From assembly GCA_964035575.1 (NCBI GenBank), contig OZ037835.1, positions 806,001 through 870,000 on the forward strand: a stretch of DNA of 64,000 nucleotides, written 5' to 3'. Of the stretch, positions 9,899 to 20,072 are shown piece after piece. Numbering within the stretch: position 1 is the first letter of the stretch; every line of letters starts with the position of its first letter. A model generated the notes under the pieces. It was not told where the DNA came from. It searched no databases and worked only from the letters and a program-made list of their open reading frames with translations. This stretch comes from Rhynchopus sp. YZ270_cl-10. Its lineage: Eukaryota. The translations under genes and the position numbers were made by a program.

Positions 9899-12800
9899 TT
9901 TTTTTTGAAAAATTGATGACGTGTAGACACCTCGCTTTTTTTCTCGTGTGAACTCCACGCACCCTTTTTTTTTGCACCCGATTGCGGGTTTTTCGGGGAA
10001 ATGCCAAAATATTTGGCAAGCCTGTTCCGCAATCCATGAAGAAAGGTACAAGATGAACATGTCTTAAGCACATGAACCATCTTTGAAATAATGGTAAAAA
10101 ATGGTAATAATAAAAGACCAGAACTAATACAGACGCCAAATACATAGGTTGTAAAAATAAAAATGTTCAAAATACATTAATTTTGCATTTCTGGTTTCTT
10201 GCACTGTTAGTCTACAGTGAAAAAGGGGAGGGGATGGGTAATGTGAAGGGGTTTTTTTTTTGATATCGACGTTTGATTAGTGCGTCACTTCGTTGCTTTG
10301 AACTCTTAGTTGTATTAGTGCGTGCACCTGAGCATGAGCTCCACGTTCTTGTTGTTTTTTTTGTTGATTTTTTTCCCCGCCCCCTTTTTTGGGTTATCCA
10401 TCGTCTCCGTGAGAAACGTAACAGGCTTGTGAGAGAGCTTACTGAGAGCTAGTGAAAAAAAAAAATCTCTCCCCGTTCATAGATCACCCACTTTTTTTGT
10501 GTTGCGTTGTGAATTTAATAAAAAAACCCCATCTTTTTGTTTAGTTGGTACGCTATCATATGCCGTACAACTCTACCTTAAAAGTTGACTTGAAATACAA
10601 AAACTCTTCTCATTACAGTGTACCTTTAGCACACCTGACCGGGTGTACCAGGTGGACTCCCCCCCCCGGGGAGTCCCCCCCCCAACCATGCAGTCCTACA
10701 TTCATTTTTCGAGATTTTAACACCTGATATGTTCAACTCCCGCTTCCTCGCATCAGTCAGATGAAAGAAAAAGGGTCATTAAAGACATACTGTTAGGCCT
10801 GTGATGTAGGGTCCGGTTGGGGTCCAATTGAACAAGAGGAAAACAGTCCGTGTACTCCACCGCTATTGTGCGCCCTTTGTATTGACACACCCACCCCTTT
10901 TGCAAAATAAAATAAACAAACACAGAAAGAAACGTTGGCGAAAAAAACCGAAGACCCCCCACCACAGTACAGAGAACCTACCTTCCCATAAAGCCAGAAC
11001 CAAAACCCGTACATCCCCCACCTAGCCCCAAACCCCGTTGTTCAGGATCGTCATCTTCGGACGGATTCACAAAGCGTCGTCAAAGATCCGTACAGTTCCT
11101 GTAGTGCGGTGCGTTTTGGTGTCTTTTTTGAGCAAGCTTCCTTGTAGAATATGGTTTTATTTCCTAACCCAACAATAAAGCGTGACAAATGAAAGCGACG
11201 TATAAATTTGATGTTTTGCGAGGCACTCAACGAGTGGAGGCACGGAGCCAACAACACTACCCAGTATTTTTTACCAGCGCTGCTAGGAAAACTCGCGTAT
11301 GCGACTAGGGTTTATTGTCACTTTGTCAAAATACAGACAACAAAAACCGGGTGGGGTAAAAACACCGGAGGGGTAAAAACTAAGGTGTATTTTGGAATTT
11401 CAAAACTCTAAGGAGGGTTTTTACCCCCTCCGATGGTTGTTGTCTTACTGCATCTTTGGTTTTCTCTTTGTCTATTTTTAATGCATTTCTTATCCTCTTC
11501 TTGTAAATGTGATAATAAAGTACCCCCAGAGTACCGACATAACACGGTAGAAAGCGGGGAAATAATCTAAATAAAAGTGGTGTTTACGTTTTGGGTACGG
11601 GGCGGAGAATAAAATCTGTTCAATAAAAACGCGAGCTTATTTGTTTTATCTTTGTTCAGATAGTCTGGTCTACCTTTGTCATGCGCACAGCAACGTCGCA
11701 GTCGTCATTTGTAGAGCTGTCGTGTATTCAGTTCCCCCATGCATACCTCAAACTTCTCGGCCTGAGAATGGAAGTTGTGCAGCACGTAGTTCATGGAGTC
11801 GCCGTTCTGGAACAGCTCTTCCTGCAGAGAAAGGATCTGTGTTTTGTGGGGTGGGGTATTTATTACCATTTTTTGTACGAATATGCAATACGTCGTGGAA
11901 ATGAAAGACGCGCTCTTCGGTTGCCATCAGTCTTACCGTTTTCCCCCCTTCCCCCCTTTTGTGCCCCTCCCCGGATCATTCTTCAGGAAGAAAACGAACA
12001 ATTTGAAGAAAACAGCTTATATCAGAGGTCATATCTGACTTCTCCCCTTTTGTGGTATCCACATGGAAGAACGTTGAAGAACAGCAGAATTTGTAAGGAG
12101 ATCCGCGATAAAGTGGAGTAAAGTAAGACGTTCAGAGAGTCCTCTCCCCCACTTTCGACAACGCCCGAGAATACCAAAAACAGCCTCAGATGTTTTCACC
12201 CCTTGTGGGCTTGATGTACACAGATGGGTATACACCGAAGAATTCCCTCCGCACCAGAAATGCCCGTGTTCGGTTGTCCCTTGCCCTCTTGAATCTTCAG
12301 ACAGGACTTTTCTCGCCCGGTCTAACTGTGGTTGACCTAAAAAAAAAAGCCGTTTAAAGCTTATGAGCACTACACCCTGCAGAATCAGTTAGAGGAGCTG
12401 GGTGGGGTCAAGGCTTTTGGACAACTCTTTGGCGTTGATTGGGGACACCAAGGAGCCACAAAATTCCTCACCCCTATCCACAATACGATCATCGAGCTGA
12501 CGTCTACTATGGTTGGCCACATGCAGGGAAGGAGTATTACGAATAAGGGCTAAGGGAGACGCAGTTGTTTTCTGTGTGTAGGACAAGAATATCGCAAATT
12601 GGTGGGGGCGCGAAGGCGCGAGCCAAGCGCTTCAGTCAAGACGTGGCGGCCCTGCAGGAATGATTTACCGTGGAACACGGTAATGAAAACATGAAGACTA
12701 CTTCAAGAAGTGCCGCACACAGAACGTGAAGGCTTCTACACCTGGCACTCCCTCGAGCTCATCCAGCTAGGTACGACCAGGTGGATCAGGCACGAGAAGG

Positions 12801-13078
12801 ACGCAAAGAGACTCCTCGCGCTATGTCGAGGGGTGCTGTTGACTGGCGAAGATGACGGCTGATGGGGGTGGCATGGCAGATTCAAGCCGTATCCTTGTTT
12901 GTTGATCGCATCCATCCCTAGGAATCTTCTGGTTCCCCCTTCCCCAACCAAAAAAAAATCTCGAGAGACTCATTACTCTTGCTAGCGTTGTGTCAAACAC
13001 TATGCGATGCAGCAGGACAAGAAACTTATAAAATTTTGGTTTTCTAAACTTTTTGGTCGCCAATATTTCCTACTGTAA

Positions 13079-15979
13079 CTATAAAAACCCCCCTTCCCCC
13101 CTTCGTCTCCATACCGGGTGTTTGTAGGTATCGTTGGATGAAGAGCACATGGAGAGACGCATGCTTGAGTCGCCGTCGCCTCCGTCCTCATCTTCGTAGT
13201 ATGCAAAGGATTTGCTGAGGATGTAGCTGAGACCGTGCAGCCAGTGCACCCACTGCCTTCCGTAGAGAAGGTTGATATACAACGAACACACAAAGTCGTC
13301 CTCGCCCAGCTCCGAGCCTGGCCGCACCGCGTCGTTCTCGCCTTCAATCTTTCGTAGTTCTAGAACAAAGAGCTTCGGGGACATTACCGTTGTGAAGGCG
13401 AGCTGGCATAGGTCCATCTCCCGGATAGCTTGTGTATAGGTGGCGGTGTGCTTTCTGACCAAGGGACCCAAGTTTGCCCATGTGTTCACCACCCTCGGCT
13501 CTGTGAACAACTTATGATGGATATCATCAAAAAGCGCCTTTTTGTCTCGTTTTGTTGACAAAGATGACAAATAAATGTGGTATTTTCCTGCGCATTTTTG
13601 ATAGAGTTCGTCAACGAAGAGAGGGATAAAACCACGTCCTTCAGTGTAAAAATCCGTTTTTGGGTCGGTTTTGCCGATAGTCAAACAGGTTTCTCCTGAA
13701 TAGACCATTGCAGTGCAGGCAAGCGATATTTTTTTATTGCGACATTTTGGGAGCGGAGCGTTTGGAGTGAGGGGTTCTGGTGGGGAGGCGCGGTCCATGA
13801 GCATGGTCTCGAGGATGGGGACTCCAATGCGGGTGAAAAAATCGCTTGGGCGTGTAGTTTCATCGAAGAAGACATCGAATTTGAAGTTCTTATCGGCTTC
13901 TGACTCATTTGGAATGGTTGGGGAAGATGCGACATTCTTCTTCGGTCTCGGATTAGATCCGCTCGATGCACTGCTTCCTTCCTCTTTCACCGCTATCTCT
14001 GGAGCGAACAACCCCGTTTTTGGATTTTTCGCAATCGGTTGCGTCGCTACAGTGCATGTCGAATGCTCCCCATCATTTTGGTCTGATATGGTAGTAGGAC
14101 TGCCCGGTTCCATTTGTTCGGTTTGTTCGGAGTCTTGGCGTTCTTCTAAAATGCTGTCAGCAGGGATCGCTCCGCAAAGCCGTTCATAATCTTTCGAAAA
14201 ACGGTCTGCAGAAAAGACGGTGTTGTTTCGAGAATCGTGCAGAATCGAGCTGGTCCCCGTGGATTGCCGGAACGAATCGTTGCTTGGATCGGTAAAGCAC
14301 GCCAAACTCCTTCCCAATCCTCCCACCGCCTCCCTCAATACCAAAGGAGAGGTCTGCGGTGGGGAGCCTTCCCCTTCGCTCCGCACAGAATGTGCGCCAA
14401 TATCACTGTAGTGTTCCTCCTGAGGGGGTCCTTCCGGGAAGAGTTGTGCCTGCATTCTAGCTTCCAAGCCTTTGAGTACGATTAGCCCGTCTTTTGTTCC
14501 GGAAACTGGAATGTATTTTTTTTGGCGGTCGGTTCGGTCGAAGAGTCCATCATCAAAATCGATGGTTCGGTCTGCAAGAAAAGTAGGAGATCCAGAGACG
14601 TTAAGGTTTGAGAGGGACTGTCCGGGGGGTACGCAGTGACGGAGGGAAACGGAGGAAGCAGCGTTGGACCGATCAACGATTCCGTCGAAGAGTGTCACTG
14701 CGATGTCTTCATTGCAAAAATGCGCAGCAATAAAAACACCCCGCATATCAGTCACAGCGAGGTCCTCCTTTTCCCCTTCTGGGGTAGACGTTGCGAGATG
14801 TGCCTCCCGTTTTACCTCTTGATTATCCACATTGATCTCCCCTTCGTCCTCGCTCTCACACACATGGTTGATACATTCAAATGGGTCGGCGATAGGTGCC
14901 GTTTGTGTAGATGGATCCACCACACTCTTTCCCACCTCCGTCATTACCCCGGATGTCAAAACCCCAGACCCCATGATAGGCAGTGAAAACGACGCGCTAT
15001 GGTCAAATGAATAGAGAAAAGGGTGCGCAGCAAGCGTTTGGAGGGTTAACCGCTTGCTAGGGTCGCGGTGGAGGCAGCCGGCAAGAAATTTTCTGAGCGT
15101 GGAGGAAAGAGAGGTGGGGATCAGCGGGGTGGCGTCTGTGTTTGCCACCTTTAACATAAACTCCAGAGGGTTGTCGCACGAAAGGACGCCTTCCCACGCA
15201 GACCTCCCGGTCGCCAGCTCGCACATTGTCATTCCCATTTCCCAGACGTCGCTTGCCTTTTGGTTCCGCCCTTTGATCGCTTCGGGGGAAGCGTATGCTA
15301 CTGTACCCACAAATTTTCCTGCCAGGGTTCTAGCCCCTTCGTCATCTTCACAGATCTGGCAGGTTCCAAAATCTGCCAATTTGACGACCCCTTGAGTCGT
15401 ATAGAGGAGATTAGCTGGTTTAATGTCTCTGTGAAGCACGCCGTTGCGATGAAGATAGCTGAGTCCACTGATGATCTGCGTTGCATAGCAGGATATGACC
15501 TGCTCCGTCAAATGGCCAAACTGTTGGACCAAGGAGAGGAGAGACCCGCCGTCTACGAGCTCCATATAAATTATCAACGTCCCACACGGCTCCTTGTCAC
15601 ATTCGTAGTAGCGTACAATGTTTTTGTGGTCCAGCTTCTGGAGCGTCTCGATCTCCTTCATGACTTCCTTTGAGGCACTGTTTTTGATCTCCTTGATAGC
15701 AACGAATTGCCCCGTCAGCTGGTCGTGCCCTTGAAAGACCTCTCCGGTCGCGCCGGTGCCAAGGAGCTTTCCTTTGCGATACCGACCGCATCGGCGACGG
15801 TGCTTTCGATACACCAGGCGTGTGCTGCTGAGGGATTGTCCAAATGCAGACCGTTTGGACCGTGAAGGGGCAGACAAAGCGTCAACGGTGCTTGTCATGT
15901 GTGGGCTGGACGCAGTAGATGGTGCAACACTGCAGGAGCCTCCGAAGTTGCTTTCGTTCCCTTTCGTCCATAAAGACAT
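13079..15979 (-). CDS. STE/MAP3K-like Ser/Thr protein kinase (966 aa) with long C-terminal extension resembling a degenerate kinesin motor
   Basis: GTGATGEV, VAIK, HRDIKPAN, DFG, GTVAYASPE, SDVW motifs (~15015-15785). C-terminal FKFDVFFDE and GFIPLFVDELY are kinesin-like. Confidence 0.88.
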   Translation of the reverse strand: MSLWTKGNESNFGGSCSVAPSTASSPHMTSTVDALSAPSRSKRSAFGQSLSSTRLVYRKHRRRCGRYRKGKLLGTGATGEVFQGHDQLTGQFVAIKEIKNSASKEVMKEIETLQKLDHKNIVRYYECDKEPCGTLIIYMELVDGGSLLSLVQQFGHLTEQVISCYATQIISGLSYLHRNGVLHRDIKPANLLYTTQGVVKLADFGTCQICEDDEGARTLAGKFVGTVAYASPEAIKGRNQKASDVWEMGMTMCELATGRSAWEGVLSCDNPLEFMLKVANTDATPLIPTSLSSTLRKFLAGCLHRDPSKRLTLQTLAAHPFLYSFDHSASFSLPIMGSGVLTSGVMTEVGKSVVDPSTQTAPIADPFECINHVCESEDEGEINVDNQEVKREAHLATSTPEGEKEDLAVTDMRGVFIAAHFCNEDIAVTLFDGIVDRSNAASSVSLRHCVPPGQSLSNLNVSGSPTFLADRTIDFDDGLFDRTDRQKKYIPVSGTKDGLIVLKGLEARMQAQLFPEGPPQEEHYSDIGAHSVRSEGEGSPPQTSPLVLREAVGGLGRSLACFTDPSNDSFRQSTGTSSILHDSRNNTVFSADRFSKDYERLCGAIPADSILEERQDSEQTEQMEPGSPTTISDQNDGEHSTCTVATQPIAKNPKTGLFAPEIAVKEEGSSASSGSNPRPKKNVASSPTIPNESEADKNFKFDVFFDETTRPSDFFTRIGVPILETMLMDRASPPEPLTPNAPLPKCRNKKISLACTAMVYSGETCLTIGKTDPKTDFYTEGRGFIPLFVDELYQKCAGKYHIYLSSLSTKRDKKALFDDIHHKLFTEPRVVNTWANLGPLVRKHTATYTQAIREMDLCQLAFTTVMSPKLFVLELRKIEGENDAVRPGSELGEDDFVCSLYINLLYGRQWVHWLHGLSYILSKSFAYYEDEDGGDGDSSMRLSMCSSSNDTYKHPVWRRRGEGGFL

Positions 15980-16010
15980 CTTTTAAAAAAAAGGCAAAAA
16001 AAAAGGGGGA

Positions 16011-16051
<41 letters not shown>

Positions 16052-16054
16052 GGG
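15980..16054 (-). promoter_or_regulatory. (CT)n/T-rich polypyrimidine tract followed by AG directly before the kinase ATG; candidate trans-splice acceptor
   Basis: (GA)n microsatellite on + at ~16013-16050. Minus strand reads CTCTCT...TTTTTTTTAAAAG-ATG. Confidence 0.45.
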
Positions 16055-16940
16055 GTACTGGAAGGTGAATAAAGTAGGGGTTTTGAAGATGGGTGTGGGT
16101 GTGATGATCAGTTGTGGGGTAATTAAAAAAAGGTACCCCTCCCCGCCATCTGAGTTTGCCCTCAGAGATAAAACACCCTCTAGTCGTGGAGATGACTGGG
16201 TCCTCTAACTTGAGTAAATACGGACAGACCCGGTCTACAACCCATTTTTTATTTTGCGCAACAATGCCGGACGCTCTGACCGTTCCACAAGTACTGAGCA
16301 TTACGAAGGGAATGGCCCCAGGTGACCGAGTGACTGTAACGTGGAGACACAACAAGACGGACCAGTGCTGCGAGACATCTGTAGGCACGGTGAAGCGTGT
16401 GCGCAAGGACGGGAGGATGTTTGTGGTGTATGACGGGAAGGAGGTTGGGAATTATTGAACCGGGGAATTAACAGAATGGAAGTACTGGATTGTGCGTGAC
16501 CACCCAGAGAGCGATTGCAGAAAATATGCAGCGCAGCCAGCACACCCCGAGACTTCAATCCACTCGGGTCGGGTCTCCACTTGGAAATCGGTGCTGTGCC
16601 TTTGGCGAAGCTGGTCTCCTTACAGGGGTGAACACATATGGGATATCTATGTGACAACAGTTTCTATCCGTGTCGCGTACGGTGGAGTAGGCGATGATGG
16701 CATTGGATGATGTGAAAAGGGTTGGGTTTTGGGGTTGGATAGCTCGTGATGTATACTTTTTTTTTTGACAAAACATTCAAAATGAACATAAGGGGGAAAT
16801 GCACATCGGGAGGGTGGAGGTGTGTAGCAGCATGTTTCCAAGAAGACAGTGCTGCTGCAGTTTCTGTTGTCTGCAGTGCTTTGCGGGAGGAGGGTGTGTG
16901 CGTCGTGCAGCTTCGAGGGTCGCAGTGCGCGTGGGTGGCG

Positions 16941-17983
16941 TCACTCTGCGTGTCTCTGTCGCTTGCGGGATTCCTCCGGTGGTTCGTCTCTGCTGCGTTT
17001 CGGGCGGGATTCAACAACTAAATGCTCCAGTCGTTCGCTCATCACTGTGCTGGATATGACATCGCTGCAGCCAGAGAGGTAGATGCTCCTCAACGAAGTG
17101 CAGCCAAACAGGAAGCCAGGTTCAATGTATGTTACACTGCTGAGTGGTGACACGTCCAGTGAACACACAGCGCTGCATCCTGAAAGGAAGTAGCGACCAA
17201 TGAGTGTCACACTGCTGAGTGGTGTCAAGTCCAATGTACATAAAGAACTGCACCTAGAAACAAGAAGAAGCTCCCAGTTTTTGTAACACTGCTCAGCGGT
17301 GTTAAGTCCAGTGTACACAAAGAACTGCATCCATAAAGGAAGCTGTGGTTGATTTGTGTGACACCGCTCAGTGGTGTTAAGTCCACTGTTCGCAAAGCGC
17401 TGCAGCCGAGAAGGAAGGCGCTCTCGAGTTGTGTGACACTGCTCAGTGGTGTCAAGTCCAGTTCACACAAAGCACTGCATCCACTAAGGAAGCTACGCCC
17501 AATTTGCGCAACATGGATCAACCCAGAGAGATCGATGCTTGTCAATGAAGTGCAGTTCTTAAGAAAGCTGTTCCCGATTTGCGTCACAACAGACACAGCA
17601 CTCAGATCAAGACTCGTCAACAGTACACTCAGCAAGAAGCCATCGGGAATCGCCGTCGCAACCTCCGCCTGCAGAAGCAAACACGCAACCTCCGGATCCT
17701 CCACGCTCTTCAGCCTCTCAGCCGAGACGTCCTCACCCAACGCATGAAGTGCTGCTCTGGCCTCGAACTTCTTCACAGTCGTCAATACCACTGCATCCCC
17801 AGCACTCAGCTGCGTCATGTCGTATCCTTCGACCATGGCCTCCCCTTCGAAACTCATCACAAAGCCGTCTTCAGGCAACCCCACTGCAGACGCGACCTTC
17901 CTACTCAGATCCACAGGTGTGTCATCCTCACCCAGCTCAACCGTATGCTTCACCCCGTCCAACCCTTTGATGGTCAAATCCAT
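16941..17983 (-). pseudogene. Ubiquitin-like N-terminus plus BspA-like leucine-rich repeats (25-aa period); one frameshift near 17255-17262
   Basis: MDLTIKGLDGVKHTVEL...DAVVL is UBL-like. Repeats LDLTPLSSVTQIGxxFLxGCSxL. ORF 17225..18109 continues in ORF 16941..17330 after the shift. Could be a sequencing indel. Confidence 0.75.
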
Positions 17984-18152
17984 TTTTAAATTCTTTGTTA
18001 TGCCCACGAGGTTTTCCCGTTGTTGTACTGCGGTGATGTTGATGTTGATGTTGGTGTGGGAGGTGTGAGGAAAGAAACAACACGGGCACATCTGCAGCAC
18101 ATTCTGCATAAAGATAACAGAGATTTTTCAAGAAAAAATGGTAACTCTGATA

Positions 18153-18685
18153 CTGTAAAATCGTTTAATTTGTCACCTACAATAATGTGACAGAATGGCA
18201 AAAATGATGACAAAAGGACAAATTATATAAGTGACACATTATTATGATGATTTAATTATGTTTTGGGACCACAGACGGGGAGCTGGTTCTGATACTGCAG
18301 CGGAGAAGGTGCTCAGGGTGTTGGTTTTGAGAAAAGACGCTGCAGACCAAGGGGGTTCTGCGGAGCAGAACCCCCTTGGTCTGCAGCGTCACAGGAAGCA
18401 ACGCTTTCCCGCTGGCACTGGCTGTTATCGGGAAGGATTCGTATGTGAGCGGCCGCGGCCGCTTCCGTCCCTACGGGGATCTGCTGTCTACTGAGGATCG
18501 GTTGCAGTGCTAATACATAAAGTATCACTCAAGGCTGTACTTTAAAAAGTAGACACAAAATAACCATAAACATAAATTAAATCATCATTTAATGTGACAC
18601 ATATTATTTGGGTGTGACAAAGTTTATTTATGACTGATATTTCAAATCAGTTAATTAAATTGTGACAAATTAAACGATTTTACAG
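18153..18685. mobile_element. Tc1/mariner/pogo-type MITE
   Basis: Perfect 24-bp TIR CTGTAAAATCGTTTAATTTGTCAC / GTGACAAATTAAACGATTTTACAG, flanked by TA on both sides. Confidence 0.85.
18336..18390. repeat. Perfect 26-bp-stem hairpin with 3-nt loop inside the MITE
   Basis: GACGCTGCAGACCAAGGGGGTTCTGC-GGA-GCAGAACCCCCTTGGTCTGCAGCGTC. Confidence 0.9.
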
Positions 18686-20072
18686 TAAGTAAAAGGAAAA
18701 AAGGTTTTTTTCGTTGATTGCTCAATTACCGTGTTGAGGGGGTCGTATCTGAGGAACTACTTCTCCTTTAAGCTACGCTTGTAGGTATACACGGTGATGG
18801 TGTTACTAAGGTTTTTGGTATTATGGCATGTTATAAAACAACATGTTACGTAGCATGTCATGTCACCAAAAACCTTAGTAACATCATCACCCCCCCGTTC
18901 GTCTTTTGTGTACGTGTTGGTACGCTACCCACGGTATACGCTAGGAGCTATAAGAGCCATCAGTATTGCACAGTTCCCCGACGTATTGAAAACATGGTAT
19001 AAGAACCATGACACATTTCTCCACTTCTCCAATATGGTATAAGAGCCATTTATTGCACACTTCTACTGCTTGACGCCAGGACAGAATGGTGTCACCGTCA
19101 TCCTCATCTTTCAAGGCGTCCACGCTGAGCAAACCGAGGGTTTGAAGAGCTTGCGTCGGAACAGGAGATGTACCACACCCGAGCCTGCAGACAAGACGTT
19201 CGTCGAAAAAAAAGTGAAGTTGACATCGAACGAACCAATGGTTTCTCTGTCATAGTATGCCTAGAAACACCGCGACGAGCATAGACACCTGGTGCAGTCC
19301 ATGTGAACTGCGCAAACAAGAGTGAGAGTGGAACGAGGTTTGCGTCATAAAAAGGGGGCCAGGTTAAGGGTGTGCTTTTGAGGTATCTACTTTATACTTT
19401 TTTTTTGACAAAAACAATCAAAACGAACAAAAGGGGGAAATGCACATCGGGAGGTGTGGGGGTGTACAAATAGCAGCATGTCTCCAGGAAGACACACTGC
19501 TGCTAAGGATGCAAGGGAATAAGATGGTATTTTTTAACAAACAGGCTCTACGGTTGAGGCAGCCCCCTCGGCAGTGGAGGGAAGGGGCTTGGGGAAGGGC
19601 TTGGGGGGGAAAGCAAAATCTCTAAAACAGCATTTTGTTAATAAGGTAATTCGACAAATGTACAAAAGAGTCCGCTTCTGTCGTGCGCATCTTCGTGTGT
19701 AGGACCCTATGTTGGCCGGAAGTCAAATGCAGTTCCGTGCAAAAAAACTCAAACAAATGTAACACAGCTTTTTCACCGTTTTTTCTTTCTTCAAAAATTG
19801 ACTAAACATGAGAGTCTTGGGTTCTTCTTCTCATAGCACACCAAATGCACACCAAATAATCAAAAAAAAGATTGCGTCTTTTGTTTCTGCTCTCAAATCC
19901 GGAAAAACAAAAAAAGGTACTCAAAAGAACAAGCTTTCTTGTCTTTTTCAATCCCCGCAGCGCTCTGCCTCCCATTTAGAATTTGACAAAAAAAAAAAAA
20001 TGGTTTTAAAAAGGTTGACTTGAAATACAACCCTCTCGTGTACCTAAAAAAGCTTCTCTTTCCTCATCTGAA

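Noticed and set aside
16156..16710. Protein-like plus-strand reading (MPDALTVPQVLSITKG...) interrupted by a stop
   Set aside because: Short, on the opposite strand to the cluster, and no identifiable family.
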